From Verrucomicrobiota bacterium (GTDB taxonomy: Bacteria > Verrucomicrobiota > Verrucomicrobiia > Limisphaerales > UBA8199): a stretch of 64,000 nt of DNA. Positions 26,749 through 37,670 of the stretch are shown piece by piece; the stretch's first letter is position 1; every line of letters begins with the position of its first letter. A program made the position numbers and the translations under genes. Location of the stretch: the NCBI GenBank assembly GCA_012517205.1, contig JAAYVL010000103.1, forward strand, positions 2,413-66,412. Direction: 5' to 3'. The notes beneath the pieces are model-generated. The model was not told where the DNA came from and searched no databases. It was given only the letters and a program-made list of their open reading frames with translations.

Positions 26749-26835
26749 TGGTGCCGATGGAGGGGGTCGAACCCACACACTCTCACGAGTACCAGATTTT
26801 GAGTCTAGCGCGTCTGCCAATTCCGCCACATCGGC
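26749..26835 (-). tRNA. tRNA-Leu (anticodon CAA), long variable arm, CCA encoded
   Basis: Minus-strand read: GCCGATGTGGCGGAATTGGCAGACGCGCTAGACTCAAAATCTGGTACTCGTGAGAGTGTGTGGGTTCGACCCCCCTCCATCGGCACCA. The acceptor stem is GCCGATG/CATCGGC. The anticodon loop is CTCAAAA. Confidence 0.9.
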
Positions 26836-26888
26836 TACCAAAAACAGGCTGAATATGAGGCCGTCAGGGCCAATTGTAAAGCAGAAGA

Positions 26889-28490
<1,602 letters not shown>

Positions 28491-28556
28491 TTTGCCGACT
28501 GCGGCGCGCGTGGACTTTGGGCTTTTAAGCCCGCCGTTTTGGCGTAGGTTGCCTTT

Positions 28557-29843
28557 ATGACATTAACTGAGCAGATGGTCCAGTTGGCGCGGCAGGCGAA
28601 AACCGCGGCGCGCGAACTGGCCCGGTTGACCCCCGACGATAAGAACGCCTGCCTGCTTGCCATGGCCGGCGCGCTCGAACAGAACAAGGCGGACATCAAA
28701 AATGCCAACGCCCGCGATATGGAGGTCGGGGCGGGGATGGGCCTTTCACCGGCCATGCTCGACCGGTTGAAACTCAACGACCAGCGCATCATCAGCATGG
28801 CTAACGGTTTGCGGGAAGTCGCGGCGCTGCCCGACCCCATCGGCAAGGTGCTCGACGAACGGGTGCGTCCCAACGGCCTGAAGCTCCGCAAGATCAGCAC
28901 CCCGATTGGAGTGGTGGTCATCATTTACGAATCACGCCCCAATGTAACGGCCGACGCTGCCAGCTTGTGTTTTAAATCGGGCAATGCAACGATTTTGCGC
29001 GGCGGCAAGGAGGCGTTGAACTCGAATCAAGCCATTGCGCGAATTATGATCGAAGCCGGCAAGCGGGCCTTGCGGGGTTTTCCCGAGTGCGCCATTCAAG
29101 TGGTGCCCACTCCCGAACGCGCAGCGATTAAGGAATTACTGTCTTTGACGCAATACGTGGACTTATGCATGCCGCGCGGCGGGGAGGGCTTGATCCGCGC
29201 CGTTGCCGAGTGTTCTAAAGTGCCTGTGATTAAGCACTACAAAGGCGTCTGCCACGTCTATGTGGATGGTGCGGCTGACTTAAAGATGGCCGAAGCAATC
29301 GCCCTCAACGCCAAGATTCAGCGTCCCGCGGTATGCAACGCAATGGAGACCCTGCTGGTGGATCGCAAAGTGGCGGGCGTATTCCTCCCGGTGGTGGCAC
29401 ATCGGCTGGGGGAAAAAAAGGTTCAATTGCGTGTGGACGCCGCGGCCGGAATGATACTGAAATCCGAAAGCGAAAATCCAACATTCGAGATTAGAGCCGC
29501 CACGGAGCAGGACTGGTTTAACGAGTATAACGACTACATCCTTAACGTGCGGGTGGTGGACGGCGTGCGGCAGGCGATAGACCACATCAATCACTACGGC
29601 TCGGCTCATTCCGACAGCATCGTAACGCAGGATGAAACCTGTGCGCAGCAGTTCCTCGCCGAGGTGGATTCCGCCACGGTCTATTGGAATGCCTCGACGC
29701 GTTTCACCGACGGCGGTGAGTTCGGCATGGGGGCCGAAATCGGGATCAGTACCGACAAAGTCGGCGCCCGGGGACCAATGGGATTGGACGAATTGACCAG
29801 CTACAAGTGGATTGGCATTGGCTCCGGCCAGGTGCGGACCTAG
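28557..29843 (+). CDS. proA: Glutamate-5-semialdehyde dehydrogenase (gamma-glutamyl phosphate reductase)
   Basis: 428 aa. Supporting stretches are MTLTEQMVQLARQAKTAAREL...ANARDME, IYESRPNVT, CNAMETLLV and GAEIGISTDKVGARGPMGL. Confidence 0.9.
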   Translation: MTLTEQMVQLARQAKTAARELARLTPDDKNACLLAMAGALEQNKADIKNANARDMEVGAGMGLSPAMLDRLKLNDQRIISMANGLREVAALPDPIGKVLDERVRPNGLKLRKISTPIGVVVIIYESRPNVTADAASLCFKSGNATILRGGKEALNSNQAIARIMIEAGKRALRGFPECAIQVVPTPERAAIKELLSLTQYVDLCMPRGGEGLIRAVAECSKVPVIKHYKGVCHVYVDGAADLKMAEAIALNAKIQRPAVCNAMETLLVDRKVAGVFLPVVAHRLGEKKVQLRVDAAAGMILKSESENPTFEIRAATEQDWFNEYNDYILNVRVVDGVRQAIDHINHYGSAHSDSIVTQDETCAQQFLAEVDSATVYWNASTRFTDGGEFGMGAEIGISTDKVGARGPMGLDELTSYKWIGIGSGQVRT

Positions 29844-29884
29844 AGCCCGGCATTGCTCGCCGACGCGCGAGATGCTAACGACGC

Positions 29885-31222
29885 ATGAACTCAGCTCAGG
29901 CAAACGCTCCTCCGACCGAGGCCGCTGAACGCGCTCGTTTTGTCTATGAGCACCTGCCCGCCGAAGGGCTGTTCGCGGGCCAGAACTGGCGAATTTCTCC
30001 CTTCCCCTGTCCTTTAGGAGTTGCGCTGGTCAGGGAACTGGAGACGCTTGGGCGCGTTCTGCTGCAGTTCTACCGCGCGGCCAACCTGTTGTACCGCCGG
30101 AGCGTGGAAGGTCGTCAACCCGCTTGGGTCGCCCGGTGGCTCGACCTCGGCAAGCCATCTGAACTCATCCAACTTCAACGATCCCCGGCGCTGAAACAGG
30201 CGCTGCCACGCGTTATCCGGCCGGATTTGCTGATTAGCGATCACGGTTTGAGCGTGACGGAACTGGATTCCGTGCCCGGTGGCATCGGCCTCACCGGCTG
30301 GCTCAACCAAACGTACTCCGCCACGGGCGCAGAAGTGCTTGGCGGCCCCGACGGGATGCTGCGTGGCTTTGCCGGCATTTTTGGCGACGCCCCCAACGTG
30401 CATATCGTCATCTCGGAAGAAGCGGCCACCTATCGTCCCGAAATGGCCTGGCTGGCTGAGCAATTAGGCGCATCCCGATTCCAGGTCCGCGACGCGCAGT
30501 TTAGCGCATGCGCCGACGGCGACGCCGTCTATCGCTTTTTCGAATTGTTCGATCTGGCCAATGTGCCGAGCGCGAAAGACCTCTTTGCCCGGGCGGCGGC
30601 CAGGCGGGTTCACCTGACTCCTCCCCCCAAACCGCTCTTTGAAGAAAAGATGCTTTTCGCGTTGCTGTGGAACCGAAACTTGCGCGGTTTCTGGCGGCAG
30701 GAACTGGGGGAGAACTTCTACCAACGCCTGCTGCGGCTGGTTCCTTACACCTGGCTGGTTGACCCCACTCCGCTGCCCCCCCACGCCGCTATTCCGGAAT
30801 TGAACCTTTCCGACTGGCATCAGCTCAAGGAACTCTCCCAAAAAGAGCGCGGCCTGATCCTCAAAGTTTCCGGGTTCTCCCCCCGCGCCTGGGGCGCGCG
30901 CGGGGTCTTTCTTGGCAGCGACCTGGCGCAGGCGGATTGGGCCATCGTAGTGGACGAGGCCCTTGCGAATTTTGCCCGGTCGCCATGCGTGCTCCAGCGT
31001 TATCACAAGCCCAGGCTGATCCAGGCGCAATGGTTCGATTTCACGCGCCAGCAACTCGTGCCGATGCAGGGGCGGCTGCGGCTTTGCCCCTATTATTTTG
31101 TTACGGGCGATGCCGATGCCGCGCGTGTTGAAATGGGAGGCGTGCTGGCGACGATTTGTCCCGCCAACAAAAAGATCATTCACGGTATGAAGGAAGCGAT
31201 CCTCGCCCCTTGTTCGCTATGA
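29885..31222 (+). CDS. Conserved hypothetical protein, possibly an ATP-grasp-like ligase
   Basis: 445-aa ORF with good coding character. RPDLLISDHGLSVTELDSVPGGIGLTGWL loosely recalls ATP-grasp/glutathione-synthetase-like folds. Function is not supported beyond that. Confidence 0.5.
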   Translation: MNSAQANAPPTEAAERARFVYEHLPAEGLFAGQNWRISPFPCPLGVALVRELETLGRVLLQFYRAANLLYRRSVEGRQPAWVARWLDLGKPSELIQLQRSPALKQALPRVIRPDLLISDHGLSVTELDSVPGGIGLTGWLNQTYSATGAEVLGGPDGMLRGFAGIFGDAPNVHIVISEEAATYRPEMAWLAEQLGASRFQVRDAQFSACADGDAVYRFFELFDLANVPSAKDLFARAAARRVHLTPPPKPLFEEKMLFALLWNRNLRGFWRQELGENFYQRLLRLVPYTWLVDPTPLPPHAAIPELNLSDWHQLKELSQKERGLILKVSGFSPRAWGARGVFLGSDLAQADWAIVVDEALANFARSPCVLQRYHKPRLIQAQWFDFTRQQLVPMQGRLRLCPYYFVTGDADAARVEMGGVLATICPANKKIIHGMKEAILAPCSL

Positions 31223-31863
31223 GCCTGTTTGAATATATTTTCCTGGCCGCCAGCTCGCTTTTTGTCATTGTGGACCCATTTGCGGCGGTGCCGGCGTTTC
31301 TCGCCATGACGCCCCATGATTCAGCCGAGCAACGTATTAAAACGGCGCGGCTGGCCAGTTGCGTATCCGCAGGGGTTCTGTTGGCCTTTGCCATCGCCGG
31401 CAAATGGATTTTTAAGTTCCTCGGCATCACCATGCCCGCTTTCCAGTTCGCCGCCAGCATTGTGCTGTTGCTGGTGGCCCTGGACATGTTGCGCGCGCAG
31501 CGTTCGCGCGTGCAGGAGACCGGCGAGGAAACGGCGGCTGGCCTGGAGAAAGCCGATATCGCCGTGACGCCGCTGGCCATCCCCATGTTGGCCGGGCCCG
31601 GCGCTATTTCCACGGCTATTCTGCTCCATAACCAGGCAGCCAACCTCGGCCAATGCGCGGCCCTCTATGTCTGCATCGCAGTCGTATGCTTTGCGAGCTA
31701 TTGGGTGCTGCGCTTTTCCGCGCGCAGCACCCGCTGGTTTAGCCCCATTGCGATGCGCATCACCACCCGCATCATGGGGCTGCTCCTGGCTGCGGTAGCA
31801 ATGCAGTTCATGCTTAATGCCGTCCGGCAATTGAACCCAGCGTGGTTTCCGCCGGCAGCTTGA
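31219..31863 (+). CDS. MarC (UPF0056) family membrane protein
   Basis: MSLFEYIFLAASSLFVIVDPFAAVPAFLAMT is a MarC signature. The ATG at 31219 overlaps the upstream stop (ATGA). Confidence 0.8.
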   Translation: MSLFEYIFLAASSLFVIVDPFAAVPAFLAMTPHDSAEQRIKTARLASCVSAGVLLAFAIAGKWIFKFLGITMPAFQFAASIVLLLVALDMLRAQRSRVQETGEETAAGLEKADIAVTPLAIPMLAGPGAISTAILLHNQAANLGQCAALYVCIAVVCFASYWVLRFSARSTRWFSPIAMRITTRIMGLLLAAVAMQFMLNAVRQLNPAWFPPAA

Positions 31864-31865
31864 TC

Positions 31866-32196
31866 TTAGCCAAACCCATGTCGCTGGGAGCAGCGAGAGC
31901 GCATGCCTCGACGCGACTGATGGTGCTTCGCTGCCGGTTCATAGAGGTTCTGGGTTTGGATCCTGGCCAAGCGGACTTGCGCCAGTGGACTGAGGTTTTC
32001 AGGGTTTGAACTCTTCGGTGTGGTCATTGTAGAGCACGCGCCCGCCATCCTGGGGACAGCGAGCCGATTCCCAAAACGAGGGCCGCTCCGGTATCTCCAG
32101 CAACACCATGCCGCTGGCAGGCTCAAAGCAGCTCGTGGTCACTTCCCAGTTTAATCCCAATCCCAATAGTTCATGAAATAAGGCCTCGGGCGCCAT
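31866..32196 (-). pseudogene. ISL3-family transposase N-terminal remnant
   Basis: MAPEALFHELLGLGLNWEVTTSCFEPASGMVLLEIPERPSFWESARCPQDGG follows the ISL3 N-terminal pattern (LLGL..W.V....F......V.L.I........CP.CG) but with a broken zinc finger. It stops after 65 codons and the remaining frames are decayed. An AGGAGG RBS precedes it. Confidence 0.55.
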
Positions 32197-32303
32197 CCCC
32201 CAAGCCTGCTCCTCCTTCTGGCCTATTCCGCCGAAATCGTGGAGGAACCGTCATTCCCAACCTAACCTCCGCCATTTCAAGCTATTCCATAGCTACCGCC
32301 TGG

Positions 32304-32411
32304 CCGTGTACAAGGGGTGTACAACGGGTGTACAACGGATGCTCACCAGATGTACTATGGAAAATCCTTTGTACACCCGTTGAGCATCCGTTGTACACCC
32401 CTTGTACACGG
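32304..32411 (+). repeat. Iteron hairpin element, copy 2 (three units in the left arm)
   Basis: Left arm: CCGTGTACAAGGGGTGTACAACGGGTGTACAACGGATGCTCACC at 32304-32347. Loop: AGATGTACTATGGAAAATCC. Right arm: TTTGTACACCCGTTGAGCATCCGTTGTACACCCCTTGTACACGG, ending at 32411. Confidence 0.9.
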
Positions 32412-32655
32412 CGTAGGGGCAAGGTATGTCCGGGCTGCGTTCGGGGTAAGCCGAAATCGGCATGATTCTGCCTCTATTTTATTCATCTTCACACCTAAAC
32501 TATTGATTTTACAGGCGAAAGGCTCGGGGTTCAGCAGCCACGCCCTTGAATTGGTTAAACACAGAGTTCGCCAGGGCTGCAGTTTGGGCGGTCAGGCCCG
32601 GTCAGACTCCAATGAAACGAGGGTGGGCGGTTGAATTACCCAACTGAAGCGTTCC
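32412..32655 (+). repeat. Conserved flanking module M, copy B
   Basis: Homologous by eye to the reverse complement of 16962-17209 and to parts of 17307-17740. The core is at 32495-32580. It ends ...GGCGGTTGAATTACCCAACTGAAGCGTTCC. Confidence 0.8.
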
Positions 32656-32698
32656 AACCAAGGCAGCGAGCAGCCGGGATTGGGGGTGAGGGACGTCT

Positions 32699-33958
32699 TT
32701 AAGCCATCCCGGATTCCCAGGTCAGGTCTATGAGGGAGGGTGCTTCCGGGCCGGCTTTGGTGGACCAGATGGCACGGAGCAGATTGCCGACCGATTCCTT
32801 TGACCACGATGCGGTTGGCCGCGGCAGTGCGGCCACGGCCTGGCCGAGGCCATCCCATTGGTCTATCAGAGAACGGACCGCCGCCGCCGCCCCTTGCGCG
32901 AGGTGAACGGGGCGAATGCCATGCCGCAGGGCTAACCGCATGGTGCCGAAAAAGCGGTCATCGTAACCGAGTTTGCGAACCTGGTCACGGGTGACGCGGG
33001 CGATGAGATCGTTGAGGGTGGGGCGAACCATGCGCGTCAGCAGGTCGTCGGCATAGGCAGCGTAACCTGCGGGAGTAAAGAGGGGATCTCCCAGCGCGGC
33101 GTGTTTGCGGATCAGGGCGGCCCCCGATTCGTTGATAAAGGCGGCCCGCGCGGTCGCCATAATGTCGAGATGCGCGGCCGCATCGGACATGGCCGTCAAC
33201 CCGCGCCGGGCAGCCAGATAAGCGATGAGCGCGTGGATAGCGTTATGGCCGTAGAGTTTGGCTTCTTCAAAAGGCAGCAAGTCGGGCTTTTCGATGAATA
33301 CATCAATTCCACGGGTGAAACCGGGCAGGGTGATTTGCGAGATCAGGATATGGTTGAACTCCTCGACCAGCACGGCTTGGGGAACCGCCGGGGTCAGCGG
33401 CGTCAGCTTCAGCCGCGCCAGGGTGGCGGGGTCGGTGATGACGCCGGACATTTTGCCAATGACCGTGTTGAGGAACTGGATGCCCTGGAGCGTTGGCGGG
33501 GGGCAGTATTTTTCGACGGCCTGGCGGAGCAGCTCGGCAGCGTGATTGTGGTTCTCGGCCGCATAGATGACGGTGGGGCGCGGCGTGGGCCGGAGCGCGA
33601 AACCGTCCGCCAGCGCGCGGGCCACGCTGGTCGGGTGGTCCCGGTCGAAGAAGGCGACGCTGGGCAGCGAGGTGGCTAGTTCGTCACTTTCGGCGATGGC
33701 TTGAACGATTTGGCGGCGATCTTCCGGGACGGCGGGGTTGTAGAGTTCGACGCCGGAAACGGTTGCCGGTTCGATGCGGTCAGGAAGCGCAATGTTGATG
33801 GTGTAGCGCCCGGCGGCGGAGCGAACCGCCTGGACCATGGCCTCGTTTACCTCGGCGACGACGAGGCGCGAGAAATGCCCGGAGCGAAACGCTTCATAGA
33901 GAAAGAGCGCGCTCTGGATTGGCCCGAAGCCGAAGCCGACGAAAGTTCGGGCTGCCAT
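32699..33958 (-). CDS. Mannitol-dehydrogenase-family-like NAD(P)-dependent polyol/sugar-acid oxidoreductase
   Basis: The N-terminal FVGFGFGPIQSALFL resembles a Rossmann motif in the style of MtlD (FGAGNIGRGF). The C-terminal helical domain has KLYGHNAIHALIAYLAARRGL. Confidence 0.6.
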   Translation of the reverse strand: MAARTFVGFGFGPIQSALFLYEAFRSGHFSRLVVAEVNEAMVQAVRSAAGRYTINIALPDRIEPATVSGVELYNPAVPEDRRQIVQAIAESDELATSLPSVAFFDRDHPTSVARALADGFALRPTPRPTVIYAAENHNHAAELLRQAVEKYCPPPTLQGIQFLNTVIGKMSGVITDPATLARLKLTPLTPAVPQAVLVEEFNHILISQITLPGFTRGIDVFIEKPDLLPFEEAKLYGHNAIHALIAYLAARRGLTAMSDAAAHLDIMATARAAFINESGAALIRKHAALGDPLFTPAGYAAYADDLLTRMVRPTLNDLIARVTRDQVRKLGYDDRFFGTMRLALRHGIRPVHLAQGAAAAVRSLIDQWDGLGQAVAALPRPTASWSKESVGNLLRAIWSTKAGPEAPSLIDLTWESGMA

Positions 33959-33961
33959 CGG

Positions 33962-35596
33962 CTAGGCTTTGGCGGCCACGCGAAGCAACTCGTCCTCGGC
34001 GGCCCGGGTCCACTGGCCGTGTTCGAGTTTGGCGGCGACGGTGGGATAGTGCCGGGAGAGGTCCGCCAGCGGGATAAGCCCTACATCATAGAGCATCGGG
34101 TAAACGACGATCTTGCCGGCCAAGGTGCGATTTTCGACGGCGGCAATGCCGGCGCGGGCTCCGGCCATGCCGCTGATGGCGTCCACCGAGCAATTCGTGT
34201 TGAGTTGCCCCGAGGTGACCTTTCGCAGCACGATTTTCATGTCCTCGATAGTCGAGCCGCTGGTGCCGAACATAAAGCAGCGATTGGCAATATAGGTATC
34301 CAAATCCAGCTCATGTTTGGTGGGCGCGGGGATGCCGGCAAAGAGGTTGATGAGGCAGCCGGGCTGGCTGTCGCGGATGCTGTTGGCGACCAGCGCGGGC
34401 ACCGGGGCCATGAGGGCAAAATAAGAATATTTGCCCGGGAGGGGTGTTTGGGCCGTGTTCACCATTTTCAGGGTCACGCCGTTGGCCCGGGCGAATGGCT
34501 CCGCTTTTTGCCGCAGCGAAGCCAGCCGGGCGTCATCCATGTCAGTGCCAATGACAGTGAGGTGCGGCACCCCGGAACAGAGGGCGCGAATGACGTGCAT
34601 TTGGCCCATGGGGCCGCCGGCTCCGATCACGACGAAGTTTTCGCCGCTGCGAAGTTCGCAGGTGCGCGGAATCACCTGGTAGGACTGGGCCGGGTCGCTG
34701 CCAGTCGTGCCGATCCAGCGGGTCATGCCATAGTGAATTCGGCCGACGCCGATGTTGACGGGGGCCCCGATGCGCCGGCCGCCGAGCACGATATTGATGA
34801 TGCCGCGGGCCGCGAGCTTATCATTGAGAACTTCCAAGACCGCTTTGCTGGCGCCGAAGTAGAGGATGTCGTCAAAGGATTGATCAGCCAGAGTCCCAAC
34901 CTGGGCCGGGGTGTGGCGCAAGACTTCGGCGGGCGGACCGGCGGGGGCGTGCGGGAGGCCGTCCAGTGAAACCAGCGCGGGATCATCGGCGACGATCAAC
35001 AGCCGGCCGCCGGCTTTGAGTGTCTGGCGTTCGAGGTTCACATACGAGTCTTCCACGCAGGCCCAAGGCTCCACCAGCGCCACGGCGGCCGCGGCCGGTT
35101 GGTCGCTGACCGGGATCAGGAATCGCTCGCCGGTGGGGTCAATAATTACGCGTTCATCCATCAGCACGTATTCCTGGAGCGCGCCCTCGAAGTTATAGCC
35201 GAAGGCGGAGGCGGAGCCGGCGGTGGGGAGGTCTCGATAGTCGGTCTGCGCGATGCAGCGTTCCCCGACAGAATGGTGCTTGACCTTGGCGCCGACGGCG
35301 ACGATGCGGAGGGTGACCTCGTGGCCCAGGACGGTCGGTTTAGAGCCGGGCACATAGCTGGGGATTTCGCGCAGCGCCTCCGGGCTGATTCCCTTGACGA
35401 CGGCGCCTTTGCGGGGGTGTTGATCAAATTGCTTCAGGAGCTTGAGGTCGGAGAAGCAGAGACTCACGCATTCGATCCGGGCGAGAACCTGGCAGGGGCC
35501 GGGGGGGATGACGGGCTTGGCGGGATTAAGCGTGAGTTGGCCGGGGCCAACCAGTTGAAGCGCGTATTGCGTTGTGGGGAGTGCAGTGTTTGGCAT
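33962..35596 (-). CDS. Medium-chain (zinc-type) alcohol dehydrogenase family protein, long form
   Basis: CQVLARIECVSLCFSDLKLL...GHEVTLRIVAVG is an MDR catalytic-domain pattern. VVIGAGGPMGQMHV is the Rossmann motif. Confidence 0.75.
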   Translation of the reverse strand: MPNTALPTTQYALQLVGPGQLTLNPAKPVIPPGPCQVLARIECVSLCFSDLKLLKQFDQHPRKGAVVKGISPEALREIPSYVPGSKPTVLGHEVTLRIVAVGAKVKHHSVGERCIAQTDYRDLPTAGSASAFGYNFEGALQEYVLMDERVIIDPTGERFLIPVSDQPAAAAVALVEPWACVEDSYVNLERQTLKAGGRLLIVADDPALVSLDGLPHAPAGPPAEVLRHTPAQVGTLADQSFDDILYFGASKAVLEVLNDKLAARGIINIVLGGRRIGAPVNIGVGRIHYGMTRWIGTTGSDPAQSYQVIPRTCELRSGENFVVIGAGGPMGQMHVIRALCSGVPHLTVIGTDMDDARLASLRQKAEPFARANGVTLKMVNTAQTPLPGKYSYFALMAPVPALVANSIRDSQPGCLINLFAGIPAPTKHELDLDTYIANRCFMFGTSGSTIEDMKIVLRKVTSGQLNTNCSVDAISGMAGARAGIAAVENRTLAGKIVVYPMLYDVGLIPLADLSRHYPTVAAKLEHGQWTRAAEDELLRVAAKA

Positions 35597-35614
35597 GTTG
35601 TATTCCTGGCAGTG

Positions 35615-37663
35615 TTACGAGAGCATAACCTGGCCGCCCGTGACAGGCAGCGCCTGGCCAGTCTCGTATTTTTGTTCGATGAGGTAGTAGATGGCTTTTA
35701 CGACGTCCGCGGTGGTGCAGCCGCGGTTCATCGGAACCTTGGCTTCGTAGAATCGCTTCACATCGGCAATTGTCCGGGCCCCCGGCACCTTGCCGCTGCG
35801 CAGGTACTGGGCGAACAGGCCGTTCTGGGGATCGGACCAGAGGGGGCCATCGAAGAAATTGCCGGGGCAGATGGCGTTCACCTTGATGCCATCCTCAATC
35901 AATTCCAGCGCGAATGACTGCGTCAGGCCAACGCCGCCAAACTTGCTGCCGGCGTAGGCGCCGTTGCGATTCGAGCCTTGCAAACCGGATTTGGAGTTAA
36001 TCTGGATAATGTCTGAAGTGTATTCTTTCCGTGCCAGATGCTGTATCGCCAGAATTGGCGCGGCTTTCTGCACGCAAAGGAAGTAGCCCTTGTAGTTTAC
36101 GGCAGTGACAAAGTCGAACTCCTTCTCCGGCAATGTCTTCACGCTGCCCGCCTTGAGCACGCCGGCGTTGGAAATAAATACGTCCAGCCCGCCGAAGACG
36201 CGGACGATCTGGTAAATGGCCTCGGCCACGGAAGCGCCGCTGGTGACATTGATTGGCAGCCCCAGGGCGCGGGGTTTGCCCAACCGGGCATTGATTTGCG
36301 CCGCCGCGGCCACCGCGCCCGCGGCATTAACATCCGTGAGCACCACGGAGGCGCCCTGGGCGGCCAGGTCCTGCGAAATTTCCAGCCCGAATCCCTGGGC
36401 TGCGCCGGTGACGACGATAACCTTGCCGGCGGCGCGTCCAACGGCCTGTCCCGCGGCGCTGACGGTCTTGCGATACGACTCGACCTCCCAGTCTTCGATG
36501 AACTTGCGCAAACCGGGATTCATGTAGCGGATGCCACCCAGGCGGCGGGCTCCGGCCATCACCTTAATGGCGTCGGTGTACACCTGCCGCACGGTCTCGG
36601 CTGCCGTGAGATCGTCGCCGGCGGCGAAAAGCCCCAGGCCCTTGACCAGAACAACGTGCGGCGCTGAACGGGTTTTCCGCGTATGCTGCTGGATTGCCCG
36701 CCGGAGTTGTTCAACTAATGCGGTGGCTGGGGCGCCGGCGGCAGGCTCAAACCACAACGGGAAGGACTTGCAATAAACGATCTGATCCGGGGTCAGCGGG
36801 CCGGCGGTGGCAACGGCCTTGCCTTGCGCGCTGCCGACCAGGTCCATCACTTCGGGCGTATCGGAAAAAGTGACCACCTTCAGGTTGTCGCCCGCAGCCA
36901 GCAGCCCGCGCAGGGCCGGCCCGATGGTTTGAATGAGATTGCGGGCGGCGGCCGGTTCGCTCCCGGCAACCCGGCCAAACGGCGGCGCCTTGCCAACCGC
37001 TGCCAACCGCTGGCGCAGCGTCCGCACCAGCCAGTCGGTATGCCGGCGGATTTGCGCGGGGGTGTCGCCGGAGATGACCAGTCCATGATTCTGCATGAGC
37101 ACGGCGCGTGGACAGCTTCGGCCCGTGGCTTTCTGGTAGTCAGTCAGCGCCTGCCAAAGGGTTCGGGAAAGAATATAACCGGGGTCCACCTCGGGCACCC
37201 AAACCACTTCGGCGGCCAATTGCCGGGCGAGTTCCGGGCCTTTTACGCAGCAGGTCACCATATTCACCAGGGTGCTGTGCGTATGCACAACATACCGCCC
37301 CGGCATAAGATGATGCAGCAGGGCTTCGACGCTCGGGCGCTGGCGCTTCTCCGGGTGAATGCGGGCGGCCAGCGTCGCGGCTTTGAATTCCGCTTCGCGC
37401 TTTAGCCGATTGCTGGACAGGGAACTGTGCAGCAGACTCTCAAGCTGCAGGCGGTCCATCTCAACAAAACCTTCGGGCGAAATGGTGGCCAGGGCATGGC
37501 CGCTGCCTTTGACGAATAGCCGATTGCCAACCTTGACGGAGGTGTTGCCGCCGCCGGCAAGGACAAACTCCGGATCGGCCCCGTAGAAGCGGGAAAGCTT
37601 CACGAGTGCCTCCAGGGGCGTGTCAGATTTGGTAAAAACGGGCCACTGTCTGCGGGATGCCAT
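35615..37663 (-). CDS. Bifunctional class II aldolase (rhamnulose-1-phosphate aldolase-like) / short-chain dehydrogenase
   Basis: 682 aa. The N-terminal aldolase_II-like half has GGGNTSVK and VVHTHS. The C-terminal SDR half has VIVVTGAAQGFGLEI and the YAGSKFG catalytic YxxxK. Confidence 0.85.
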   Translation of the reverse strand: MASRRQWPVFTKSDTPLEALVKLSRFYGADPEFVLAGGGNTSVKVGNRLFVKGSGHALATISPEGFVEMDRLQLESLLHSSLSSNRLKREAEFKAATLAARIHPEKRQRPSVEALLHHLMPGRYVVHTHSTLVNMVTCCVKGPELARQLAAEVVWVPEVDPGYILSRTLWQALTDYQKATGRSCPRAVLMQNHGLVISGDTPAQIRRHTDWLVRTLRQRLAAVGKAPPFGRVAGSEPAAARNLIQTIGPALRGLLAAGDNLKVVTFSDTPEVMDLVGSAQGKAVATAGPLTPDQIVYCKSFPLWFEPAAGAPATALVEQLRRAIQQHTRKTRSAPHVVLVKGLGLFAAGDDLTAAETVRQVYTDAIKVMAGARRLGGIRYMNPGLRKFIEDWEVESYRKTVSAAGQAVGRAAGKVIVVTGAAQGFGLEISQDLAAQGASVVLTDVNAAGAVAAAAQINARLGKPRALGLPINVTSGASVAEAIYQIVRVFGGLDVFISNAGVLKAGSVKTLPEKEFDFVTAVNYKGYFLCVQKAAPILAIQHLARKEYTSDIIQINSKSGLQGSNRNGAYAGSKFGGVGLTQSFALELIEDGIKVNAICPGNFFDGPLWSDPQNGLFAQYLRSGKVPGARTIADVKRFYEAKVPMNRGCTTADVVKAIYYLIEQKYETGQALPVTGGQVMLS

Positions 37664-37670
37664 AGAGGTA

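Noticed and set aside
28519-28540. Rho-independent terminator after zwf (GGGCTTTTAAGCCC followed by GCCGTTTT)
   Set aside because: The stem is only 5-6 bp with a minimal loop and an interrupted T-run, and it sits 17 bp before proA. This is too weak to call.
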